NCBI GenBank assembly: GCA_051313645.2
Contig: JBNRSN020000045.1
Span: forward strand, 6,324,001-6,388,000
Direction: 5' to 3'
From: Centroscyllium fabricii
Lineage: Eukaryota
Length of the DNA: 64,000 nucleotides
A program made the translations under genes and the position numbers. The notes beneath the pieces were generated by a model. That model searched no databases. It saw nothing but the letters and a program-made list of their open reading frames with translations, and was not told where the DNA came from. Shown in pieces: positions 49,567 through 60,239 of the stretch. Numbering within the stretch: position 1 is the first letter of the stretch; every line of letters begins with the position of its first letter.

Positions 49567-52500
49567 CTAACAGTCCTCGGGACCCTCGTCAACTACCATC
49601 TCCTCATCGGACTGAAAAGGATCGTCCTCCTCAGCCGATTCAATCACCTCGTCATCAGCTGCCACTCCCGTGTCCAGGGCTTCCTGAATCAGTACGGGGC
49701 CGAAACCCTGTCTAGACTTCCTAGGGATCGCCGTTTTCTTATTCGGCTGGCCGGGGTGTTTCCTGTGAAACTCAGCAATGAGTTGAGGGTCCACAATATG
49801 GCGAGCAGGAACCCAGGACCTCTCTTCCGGTCCATACCCCTCCCAGTCCACCAGGTACTGAAGTCCCTTCCCTCGACGACGGGAGTCAAGTAGACGACGA
49901 ACCGTGTAGACTAACCCACCGTCGAGCATACTAGGAGGTGGAGGAGGTGCGGCAATAGGTACCAAGGCACTCTCCCGAGTAGGCTTGATGTGCGAAACGT
50001 GGAATGTGGGATGGACCCGCATGGATTTAGGGAGCATGAGTCTCACCGCAGCAGGGTTGATGATTTTCAGCACCTCGAAGGGTCCGATAAACCGGGGAGC
50101 AAGTTTCTTTGATTCTACTTGTAGAGGCAGGTCCTTGGTGGAGAGCCAAACCTTCTGCCCAACCCGATACTCCGGAGCCTCTGAACGACGACGGTTGGCA
50201 GCAGCCGAGTATCGATTCGCTGAGCGAAGCAACGAAGTCCGCGCCTGATCCCATGTTCTGTGACAACGTTGAATGAAGGCCTGGACGGACAGACAGGATA
50301 CCTCCTTCTCCAGGTCCAGAAACAATGGAGGCTGGAATCCATATGCGCACTGAAAAGGAGAAAGTCCGGTAGCGGAGCTGGTCAGCGTGTTGTGCGCATA
50401 CTCTACCCACAGAAGTAACTGGGACCAGGAAGAGGGATTCTTGGAGACCATGCACCGAAGAGCCTTCTCCATCTCTTGGTTCATCCTCTCCGACTGTCCA
50501 TTGGACTGAAGATGAAATCCCGACGACAGACTGACAGTGGCCCCGATCAGATTACAAAACTCCCTCCAGAATACTGATGTGAATTGAGGACCTCGATCGG
50601 AGACCACGTCCAACGGAAGCCCATGAAGCCGAAACACGTGCTGTAACATGAGTTCCGCTGTTTCCTTCGCAGAGGGCAGCTTTGGTAGGGGTATAAAATG
50701 GGCCATTTTACTAAATCTGTCTACCACAGTCAGGACCGTGGTCAATCCCTTGGATGAGGGTAGTCCGGTGACAAAGTCCAGGGCTATGTGGGACCAAGGA
50801 CGATGTGGTATCGGTAGAGGTTGTAGAAGACCAGCTGGAGCCCGACGAGACGACTTGTGTTGGCTACAAACCGGGCAGGCACTAACAAACTCCCGGGTAT
50901 TCTCCTCCAGCGTGTCCCACCAGAACCTCCGCAAAATAACCTCCTTGGTCCTTTGTGCCCCAGGATGGCAGGAAAACTTGGAAGCATGAGCCCACAGAAG
51001 AACATCAGGTCGAATGTTTGTGGGTACAAACAGACGGTCGGGAGGACAACCGCTGGGCCCACCCTGATCCCCCACAGCAGCTCTCACTCTCTCCTCGATC
51101 TCCCATGTGACCGCAGCAATAAGGCAGGGAGCTGGCAGAATATGGTCTGATCCTGGAGCAGAACCCTCCTCCTTCAGGAACAGGCGGGATAGAGCATCGG
51201 GCTTGACGTTGCGGGAACCAGGCCTGTAGGAGAGAGTGAAATTGAACCTTGTGAAGAAGAGAGACCATCTAGCCTGGCGTGAATTTAGCCTCTTTGCCAT
51301 GCGTATGTACTCCAAGTTCTTGTGCTCAGTCCAAACAAGGAACGGCAGCTTGGTCCCCTCCAGCCAATGGCGCCACTCCTCTAAGGCCATCTTGACCGCT
51401 AGTAATTCCCGGTTCCCGATATCATAATTCATCTCCGCCGGGGACAGGCGCTTGGAGAAATAAGCACATGGATGTAGTTTCTGATCAGAAGTCGACTTTT
51501 GAGACAAGAGAGCTCCTACTCCCACATCAGATGCATCCACCTCCACGACGAACTGTCGATCCGGATCAGGTACCTGGAGAATGGGAGCAGAAGTGAACCG
51601 GGACCTGAGTTCCTGAAAAGCCTCCTCTGCGGCGAGAGACCACCTGAACGGCACCCTTGATGAGGTAAGCGCCGATAACGGTGCTGCTACCGTACTGTAG
51701 CCACGAATAAATCTACGATAAAAATTTGCAAAGCCCAGAAACCATTGTAATTGTTTGCGTGTCTCTGGACAAGGCCAAGACGCAACAGCTGTCACCTTTT
51801 CTGGGTCCATCCGCACACTCCCTTGCGCAATGATATATCCCAGGAAGGAGACGGTAGAGACATGGAACACACATTTCTCAGCTTTAACGAATAAAGAGTT
51901 CTCCAATAGTCGTTGTAAGACCGTCTGAACGTGGTGCACATGCTCCTCCTGAGATTTAGAAAAGATCAGGATGTCATCCATACAGACGAACACGAATCGA
52001 TTGAGCATGTCACGAAGGACGTCATTGACCAGGTCCTGAAATACCGCCGGGGCGTTGGTCAACCCGAACGGCATAACGAGATATTCGTAATGTCCAGAGG
52101 GGGTGTTGAAGGCGGTCTTCCACTCATCGCCCTCCCGTATCCGGACCAGATGGTAAGCGTTGTGAAGATCCAATTTAGAAAATATGGTTGCCCACTGTAG
52201 CAACTCAAACGCTGAAGAGATAAGAGGAATAGGATACCGGTTCTTCACAGTAATATCTTTCAGTCCCCTGTAATCGATACATGGTCGGAGCGAACCGTCC
52301 TTCTTTCCCACGAAAAAGAATCCAGCCCCCGCTGGTGATGAAGAAGAACGGATGATCCCCGCCGCCATCGAGTCACCGATATAGGTCTCCATGGCTTCCC
52401 TCTCAGGTGCTGATAACGAATACAGACGTCCCTTTGGTGGGGAAGAACCTGGCAACAATTCAATGGCACAATCATAGGGGCGATGTGGAGGTAGCGACGT

Positions 52501-53060
52501 GGCTCTAGCCTTACTGAACACTTCCCCAAAATCATGATAATCGGTGGGAACCGCAGGAAGATCAGAAGCGGGAATAGGTGTGGCAGACTGGCGGATTATG
52601 GTAGCTTGCTTCAGGCAGACCTGGTGACAGGAGGAACTCCAGCCCAAAATGGCTCCCGTGTTCCAGTCGATGTGGGCATTGTGACGGCGAAGCCAAGCGT
52701 GTCCCAGAATCAGAGGAAGCCGGGGTGATCTTAAGATATGAAAACGAATACTCTCATGATGGTTTCCTGACAGAAGCATATGAATCGGCGACGTTTGATG
52801 AGTCACCGTTCCCAGGATGTTGCCATCAAGAGTGTTGGCAGGAACCGGTTGTGGAAGTGGATCCCGGTCGATCCCCAGTTGTGTGACCAGCTCCTCATCT
52901 ATGATGTTGACATCCGCCCCAGAGTCAATGAAGGTGGCGAACGTCTGAGATCCAGAGGGAAGAAGAAGTCTGGCCTGGCACAATGGTCGTGGATCAGGAG
53001 AGAGTCTAGTCGGCGTTCGACTCACCAGTACGACTCCATCTACTGGTGAGTCCGGTCTTT
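49567..53060 (-). CDS. pol: Gypsy Pol polyprotein (protease, RT, RNase H, integrase, chromodomain), entered by -1 frameshift
   Basis: FIDSGA protease; MPFGL and CMDD RT; VDAS RNase H; HHCC and DDE integrase; GPF; chromodomain [17 protein letters not shown]. The frame is -1 relative to gag. Confidence 0.95.
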
Positions 53061-54008
53061 TACTGGACATTGAAAAACAAAATGGCCGGCCTGACCACAG
53101 TATAAGCAGAGATTCTCCCTGCGGCATTGCTTATGCTCCAATAGTGAGATACAGGTGCGACCCAACTGCATAGGTTCGGGGCCCCCTGGCTCAGACCCTG
53201 CTGTCGCCGAATCTCTGGACGCCACGAATCTATCCTGAATCTGTCTCGAAGGATGTCGACCCGTTGTTCCCAGCCTTCTCTCACGTCGACGTGCCTGGAT
53301 ACGTAGATCGATCCTGGTGGCTAGGCTAATGAGATCATCCAGGGTGGAAGGAAGATCATATGACACCAATTCATCTTTGATGTAACCTGCCAGCCCATGA
53401 AGGAAAACCTCACACAAAGCAACCATATTCCAATTGCTCAAACGGGCCCTGATACGAAAATCAATCGCGTAATCAGCAACAGTCTGATTGCCCTGGCTCA
53501 TGCTCATGAGTCCCTCAGCTGCTTCAGCCCCAAAGGTTACCTTGCCGAAAACCCTTCTTAACTCAGTGGAAAATGTCCTGAAAGAAATGCAAGCCTGAGT
53601 CTCCCTCTCCCACTCGGCTGTTCCCCAAAGACGAGCTCTTCCCGTGAGATGATTGATAACTAATGCTACATTTGCCCTTTCGCTGGCAAAGGTGCGAGGT
53701 TGTAACGAAAATAAAATGGAACAATTTGTGATAAATGGGTCACACTGTTCCGGTTCACCGTCATAAAGTTCCGGTACCCCGACTCGGGGTTCGGGTGTGA
53801 GGCCTTGTAGGAGAGACATGGATGCCGACTCCGATGCTGAAACCAGCTCTGGTGTAGGAGAAGCCCCTGCCGGATCCGACGCTGCTCGCGACTTCCAGGC
53901 GGAGGTTAGCTGCTCCATTTTGGAGACCATTTCCCCCAAGGCCTGACCTTGGTGTGATAGGGCGTCCTCGATGTGTGCCAGACGTCTCGGTGTGTCCGCT
54001 GGGTCCAT
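53040..54008 (-). CDS. gag: Gypsy Gag (322 aa)
   Basis: MDPAD start just after the 5' LTR, capsid-like region, PEPMQLG motif and [14 protein letters not shown] zinc knuckle. Confidence 0.95.
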   Translation of the reverse strand: MDPADTPRRLAHIEDALSHQGQALGEMVSKMEQLTSAWKSRAASDPAGASPTPELVSASESASMSLLQGLTPEPRVGVPELYDGEPEQCDPFITNCSILFSLQPRTFASERANVALVINHLTGRARLWGTAEWERETQACISFRTFSTELRRVFGKVTFGAEAAEGLMSMSQGNQTVADYAIDFRIRARLSNWNMVALCEVFLHGLAGYIKDELVSYDLPSTLDDLISLATRIDLRIQARRRERRLGTTGRHPSRQIQDRFVASRDSATAGSEPGGPEPMQLGRTCISLLEHKQCRRENLCLYCGQAGHFVFQCPVKDRTHQ

Positions 54009-54025
54009 GATTGGCCAGATCGTTC

Positions 54026-54629
54026 TGTAAGGGTTTGTGATAGGACCCAAATGCAGAACACCGGAAGTCCGTTTTAAGAAATAAAATATCCTTTTATTTC
54101 TAAGTATCAATCTATATCTACATCTATACAAAATCTTTACTTTCATTTGTATATCAGAAAACAAACAAGTCTATGATCCCGAGTACAGGTAAGTAGTAAT
54201 ACACAAGTCCAAACCAGAGTCCAGGTGGTAAATAGAAACAAGGCCAAAAACCAGGCGCCGATATTCTCCAAGTAAATCCACACTTCACGAAGAGATGAAT
54301 CCTCAGTACAGAGTTCAGCAATAATCCAATACGAACAGGAACAGGTATAAATCCAATTCGACAGGAACAGGTATCAATCCAATTCGACAGGAACAGGTAT
54401 AAATCCAAAATTCGACAGGAACAGGTATAGCAAAACAGAACACAGAATCAAGTGACAGGAAATAACGATCTGGCAAAGACCAAGAGCCAGCAGGAAGCTT
54501 ATAACCAGTTCCAGCTCAATTGCTTGATTGGAGCTGGCCAATCCGGTGTAAGACATGATAATAGAGATAAAAGCCAATAAACAGAAAAAGAAGCATCTAG
54601 AAACTTAAAGGGACAGTCCACCCATGACA
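54026..54629 (-). repeat. 5' LTR of Gypsy element
   Basis: Direct repeat of 48877-49480. TATA-like TATAAG at 54498-54503. Confidence 0.97.
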
Positions 54630-54737
54630 CGCTTTCTGTTTGTATCTCCATGTATGTCTGTCCATGTCTACCAGCTGTCTCTCTGCCTGTCTCAGCTTAC
54701 ATATCTGTGTTCATATGTGTCTTTGTTTCTCTTTCTG

Positions 54738-54985
54738 ACCAAAGATGTGCGGGTTAGGTTGATTGACCATGATAAATTGACCCTTAGTGTCAGGGGGATT
54801 GAATATGTGGGGTTACGGGGCTAGGGTGGGATACGTGTCAGTGTAGGCTCAATAGGGATCGAGGGATATGGGGAGAGGGCAGGGGCGGGGTGCTGGGTTT
54901 GGATGATCAGCCATGGTCTCGTTGAATGGCGGAGCATGTTCGAAGGGCCGAATGGCCTACTCCTGCTTCTATATTCTATGTTTCT
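54738..54985 (+). mobile_element. 5'-truncated HE1-like SINE
   Basis: CCAAAGATGTGCGGGTTAGG V-domain end followed by a CR1-type tail ending TTCTATGTTTCT. Confidence 0.8.
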
Positions 54986-55341
54986 GAAGTAAGTGCACTA
55001 ACGATTTAAAAGATTCGTACCAGAATGGGAGGATGCAACAATCTGGATAGACTGAACAGGCTGGAATACTTTTCTCTGGAAAATAGAAGACTGAGAGGGG
55101 GTATGTTGGATGTCTTTATATATTATGAAGTGTTACGATAGGATAGAAGTAGAACAGTTTTTTCCACCTTTAGGGGAGTCCAAAACTAGGGGGAAATAAC
55201 ATTAAATGGTTGCAAAGAAATCTAACACGCAATTTATTCGTGAGAATGTTGTAACTCGCTACTACAAGGTGAGGTTGGGGTGAATATCATGGATAACGTT
55301 AAGGAGAAGCTACATTAGTAAATACAGGAGAGTGGAAAAGA

Positions 55342-56115
55342 ACATAAGAGCGGAGAGCAGGAGTAGACCATACGGCCACTCGGGCCTGCTCCGGCATTCA
55401 ATACGATCATGGATGATCATCGACCTCAACTCCACATTCCCGCCCGATCTCCGTATCTCTTAAATTCCACTTGAGCCCAAATATCTATCAATCTCAACCT
55501 TGATTATATTCAAAGACTCAGCATTCACAGTCCTCTGGGGAAGAGAATTACAAACTTTCACAACCCTCTGAGTGATGAAGTTACTCCTCATCTCAATCTT
55601 AAATGACCCACCACTTATCCTGAAACTATGTCCTCTAGTTCTATACACTCCATCCAGGGGAAACAGCCTATCAGCAAAGACCCTGTCGATCCTCTTCAGA
55701 ATGGTGTAAGTTTGAATGAGATCACCGCTCATTCTTCTATACTCCAGAGTGTACAGGCCCATTCTACACAAGCTCTCCTGATAGCACAGCTCTTTCAGGG
55801 CAGGAATCAAGATATGGAACATTTGTTGCACCGCCTCCAAGGTAAGTATATCATTTCTTAGATACCAGAATTATTTACAGGACTCAAAGTGTGGTCTCAC
55901 CAAGGCCCTGTACAATTGTAGCACGAATTCCTTCGTCTTTTGCTCCAACCCCTTGCAATAAAGGCCAACATGACATTTGTCTTCCTTATTGCTTGATGTA
56001 GCTGCATGCAATCGTTCTGTGTTTCTTACACGAGGATACCGAAATCTCTCTGAACACCAAAGTTTGAAAGTGTCTCAGCATTTAAAGAATATTATTTTTT
56101 TCTATTCTTCCTACC
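55342..56115 (-). mobile_element. CR1 LINE 3' fragment, inside an older plus-strand CR1 remnant (~55000-56230)
   Basis: LYTLEYRRMSGDLI...FITQRVV motif and CR1 3'UTR. Confidence 0.82.
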
Positions 56116-56500
56116 AATAGAAGGAACTGTTGACAGGGTGAGTTAAATTAAGATGGGATGAGGCTGGTATGGAACATAAACACCAGCGTAGACTTGTTTT
56201 CTCGAATGGCAGGTTTCTGTGCTGTAAATTCCGTGAATTTCTAAGTAACTTTCCGAAGGTAATTGGATCGATACTTGAAAAGCAAAGCATTGCAGGGCTT
56301 TGGGGAAGGCGCGGGGGAGTGGAAGTAATTAGCTCTTCGAAAGATTCGGCAAAGGCAGGATGGGCCAAATGACCTCCTTCTGTGCTGTGTGACTCTATGA
56401 TGGTCCAGTACATTGTTAGGATACAGTGATGTGGGATAGATTCAATGGATTCACACCGGAGAGAGGCCGTTTGAATGTAGATTGTGTGAGGAAATATATT

Positions 56501-57643
56501 GGCCCAAAAATTAGACTTGGAGCCTTCCTGTGAGTGCATGGCTCCAAGTTACACTTGCCCTGCACTTCTGCCGTTCTGCAATTATGGAATGTGAAATCCC
56601 GAGTTGTACCGCTGCTGCAAGCTCCAAGCGACCTGCTGATGCAACTCAACGGCGTAGTTAGTGCGAGATATCGCACGGGCCCACGTGATAAGCAGGGAGC
56701 CAATCAATGGAAGCAATCCTCCATTCATAACTTACACGGAGAAATCTGTGTAAGTTATAGAAACATAGAAACTAGGAGCAGGAGAAGGCCATTCGGCCCT
56801 TCGAGCCTGCTCCGCCATTCAATGAGATCATGGCTGATCATCCAAACCCAGCACCCTGTCCCTGCCTTCTCCCCATATCCCACGATCCCTATCGAGCCTG
56901 CATCGACACATATCCCAGCCTATCCCCCTAACCCCACATATTCAATCCCCCTAACACTAAGGGTCAATTTATCATGGCCAATCAACCTAACCCGCACATC
57001 TTTGGACTGTGGGAGGAAACCGGAGCACCCGGAGGAAACCCACGCAGACACGGGGAGAATGTGCAAACTCCACACAGATAGTACCCGAGGCTGGATTTGA
57101 ACCCGGGTCTCCAGTGCTGTGAGACAACAGTGCTAACAGCTATGAAAAGGAAGAGCTTCAAAAACACATCTAAACACAAAAATAAAATTAAAAAAGCACC
57201 ACTTTTTGTAACAATATTCTAACTAACATAAATTACCTATTTTAAAGAAAAAAGAAAAATTTAGAAAAAAAAATTAAAGTTTTTAACTGGCCTAAAAGAA
57301 AACTTACCTGTCTTTAAAGTTTAAAAAAATTAAAAACCTATTAAAACAATACTTAAATTCTATATAATAAATACTTACCTGATAAAAAGGGGTCGTTATG
57401 GCTGATATTTTTCAGCGTTAAATCTTCAATACTTACCCCGATAAAAAACTTGGAAAAAAATCGGAAGTCCACTGCGCACCTCCTGGTGCACAGACGAACG
57501 TGATCCAGCCGGCTGCAGCTCGCGATCCTCCGCTGGCCGTCATCGGAATTACAGGTAGCAGTGTGGAGCAGCTGGAAATTCGGAGCTCGGGTGCGTGAGT
57601 GCCCGGCTCAAAAACCTCCCGTGGTCATCGCAATTTTTGGCCC
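56501..57643. mobile_element. MITE with GGCCCAAAAATT termini and ATT target duplication
   Basis: TIRs GGCCCAAAAATT / AATTTTTGGCCC (one mismatch). ATT at 56498-56500 and 57644-57646. Confidence 0.75.
56757..57143 (-). mobile_element. HE1-like SINE nested in MITE
   Basis: Close match to the SINE at 44104-44487. Confidence 0.9.
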
Positions 57644-57732
57644 ATTACGTATTTACAGCCTTCACAAGACCTCGGCAAACCCACATGGGAGAGAGCGAGT
57701 TTGAGTTTTGCATCTGTGGAATGTTATTCAAG

Positions 57733-58446
57733 GGGCCGGATTTTCCAATCCCAGGAGTGCGGAGAGGGTGTGTATGCCGCAAGGACTTGGCAATTGCCGG
57801 ATTCAGGCATGCGAAGCGCCTGTGCTAACACATGGCACTTCCGATCCATCCAGAATTCTCTTGACAGTTTATCCGGCTGCCCAGGAAAAAGGCCTCTGCG
57901 GGCTAGGATTGCCTCTATCTACACTACTTCTGACCGGTAAAAACCTTTACAAACCTTATGCCTGGTAAAAACAGGCATAAGATAAGGTGTGCTTTTACCA
58001 GCAGAAGCATTAAAAAAAATAAAGAAATAAAAAAATTCACTCCTGTCTAATTTAAAATACGTTTTAAAAGATAAGTTAATTTTTCACAGCGTCAAAATCT
58101 GTTAATTTCGTTTTCAAAAAAGTATTTTCCTTTTTTACAATATTTAATTCAACGTAAATGTAACTAATTTTAAATAAGTGATGTTTTTTAAAATACTATT
58201 GAATCTTTATCTGCTTTTAAGTGATCCCCGTTCATGCATTTGATGGATCTCTGAGTAGAGACCTTTCTAAAGTGTGATGGGGGATTCCTTTCTTTGATTC
58301 GTTCCCCAGGACCAAGTGATTCCAAGGGAATCGCAACCACCCCAGCGATACCTGGGCCTCTGCGCAATTCGTAGATCAGAAGCCCAGGATCGGAAGTCGC
58401 AGGAATACGGAACCAGCAGGAAGCCTCCGATCGGAAATTCAGGGCC
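57733..58446. mobile_element. Second MITE (GC-rich arms, AT-rich core)
   Basis: Imperfect TIRs GGGCCGGATTTTCC / GGAAATTCAGGGCC, flanked by AAG/AAT. Confidence 0.6.
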
Positions 58447-58545
58447 AATGTGTCCAGCAGTCGAGCCTTATATCCGCGAGTTAACACGGGAGCTAAATGG
58501 TTTAAATATGTGTTGCGGAAGAAACGATACTACAGATGATGTCAC

Positions 58546-59672
58546 TTCAATTCAATTCAATTTTTTCAATTCAATTCAAGATTTATTGTCATTGCAGAGT
58601 ACTAGTACAAGACAACGAGACGAAGACTCGCCGCTCCCGAGAGTAGTGCAAATAATTTACATACATTTGCGTACAGTAAAGTACATTTCAGGTGTGCAGG
58701 TACCGGAGTTTTTTGTTAGAGTTCAGGAGGCTGACAGCCCTGGGGAAGAAGCTGTTCTTGAATCTAGTTGTGTGGGTGCAAATTGATCTGTGGCGTCTCC
58801 CAGAGGGCAGGGGGGGCGAACAGACTGTGGCTGGTGTGTGGGGTCTTTAATAATGTTCAGAGACCTCCGTAGGCAGCGTTTGAGGTCGATGCTTTCAATT
58901 GACTGTAGCTGGGTGCCGGTGATTCATTGGGCAGTTTTGAGTACCTGCTGCAGGGCGTTCCGGTCCGAGATGGTGCAGTTACCATACCAGACTGTATTGC
59001 AGCTTGTCAGTATGCTTTTGATTGTGTAGCGGTAGAAGGTGGAGAGGATGCCGCATGTCAGCTTGGCTTTTTTCAGCTTCCTTAGGAAGTACAGGCGCTG
59101 TTGGGCCTTCTTAACCAGAGAGCAGGAGTTTAGTGACCAGGAAAGGTCTTCCGAGATGTGGACCACGAGGAACTTGAAGCTGGACACCATTTCCAACTGA
59201 GCCCCTTGGATGAAGATGGGGATGTGTCTTCTGCTTTCAGTCTTCCAGAAGTCCAATATGATCTCCTTAGTTTTCTTGGTGTTCAGTGCCAGGCTGTTGT
59301 CGGCACACCAACCCACGAGGCGCTGGATCTCGACCCTGTAGGCTGACTCATCGTTGTTGGTGATCTGGCCAACCACCGTGGTGTCGTCCGCAAACTTGAT
59401 GATCGTGTTGGAGCCATTGACAGCCGCACAGTCGTGGGTGAAGAGGGAGTAGAGGAGGGGGCTCAGCACACAGCCTTGTGGGGCCCTCTTGTTCAGGGTA
59501 AGGGGGGGAGGTGATGTTGCCTAACTTCACAGACTGTGGTCTGTTGGTTAGGAAGTCCAGGGTCCAGTTGCAGAGGGAGGTGTTCAGGCCGAGGGTGAGG
59601 AGTTTGGTAGACAACTTGCTGGGGACGATGGTGTTGAATGCTGAGCTGTAGTCAATAAACAGCATTCTGACT
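58546..59672 (-). mobile_element. Rex1/Babar-like LINE, 5'-truncated
   Basis: [37 protein letters not shown] and KKAQQRLYFLRKL motifs, with a (TTGAA)n tail. Confidence 0.92.
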
Positions 59673-60130
59673 GTAGAGGGATTGTATGTCCATACTGAAA
59701 AGGAGGCGGTTGTGGCCGGGAAACTGGAAACTTTTAAAGTGGCAGAGGGGGACGGAAAAGTGGCAGATGTAGGTGGGAAGAGATTGGACAAGGGGAGAAA
59801 AAATAGTGTTAAAATAGGAAGAGATATGATCCGTGGGGCAAGAACAGGCTGAAATGGTGGGTCTACCAGGGCAGTCCTGTTTATGGATCTTGGAAAGGAG
59901 GCAGAAGTGGGCTGTGCGGGGTTGGGGAACTATGAGGTTGGCAGCCGTAGGAAACGGTGGACTGATGTTCAGTAGTGGTGTCAAGGTACAGGTGGAGGTA
60001 GGAGGAGCTGTCGGAGAGTTGGATTTCAGCTTCGGCGAGGTAGAGGTCAGTTCGCCAAGCAACAACAGCGCCACGCTTGTCAGCAGGTGTAATGACAATG
60101 TCGGGGTTGGATCTGAGAGAATGGAAATTG
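59673..60130 (-). mobile_element. Penelope-like RT fragment
   Basis: [30 protein letters not shown]...[11 protein letters not shown] matches Penelope RT motifs (LPKIHK..P.RPIVS; MDV.SLY). Confidence 0.8.
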
Positions 60131-60239
60131 ACATCACTCTTCAGCAGCCAATCACAATCATTGCCTCATTAGCATAGGGCTGCGGGGGCAGCCTATTGAT
60201 TCCGAGCGTGCAGCGGGTTTGTGGCATTGTGCATCTGAA

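Larger units (their letters stand above)
48877..54629 (-). mobile_element. Full-length Ty3/Gypsy chromovirus LTR retrotransposon (Tf1/sushi group)
   Basis: Two 604-bp TG...CA LTRs (48877-49480, 54026-54629), 5-bp TSD CGCTT (48872-48876, 54630-54634), gag and pol ORFs, and a PPT-like AAGGTGGGGG before the 3' LTR. Confidence 0.98.
56449..58545 (+). pseudogene. Fossil C2H2 zinc-finger array split by two MITEs
   Basis: Joining 56449-56500, 57647-57729 and 58447-58545 gives IHTGERPFECRLC-x12-P-x3-H-MGESEFEFCIC-x12-Y-x3-N-TGAKWFKY in one frame. Confidence 0.65.

Noticed and set aside
53061-53127. Independent ATG start for pol (MPQGES...)
   Set aside because: It overlaps the gag zinc knuckle in the -1 frame. 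The frameshift signal at ~53060 better explains Pol expression.
49567-54008. Domesticated sushi-derived gene (PEG10/RTL1-like)
   Set aside because: Near-identical LTRs, a TSD and absence from the paralogous duplicated segment show a recent transposon insertion.
54009-54164. Upstream extension of gag in the ORF track
   Set aside because: It lies in the LTR/PBS region. The MDPAD ATG at 54008 is the plausible start.
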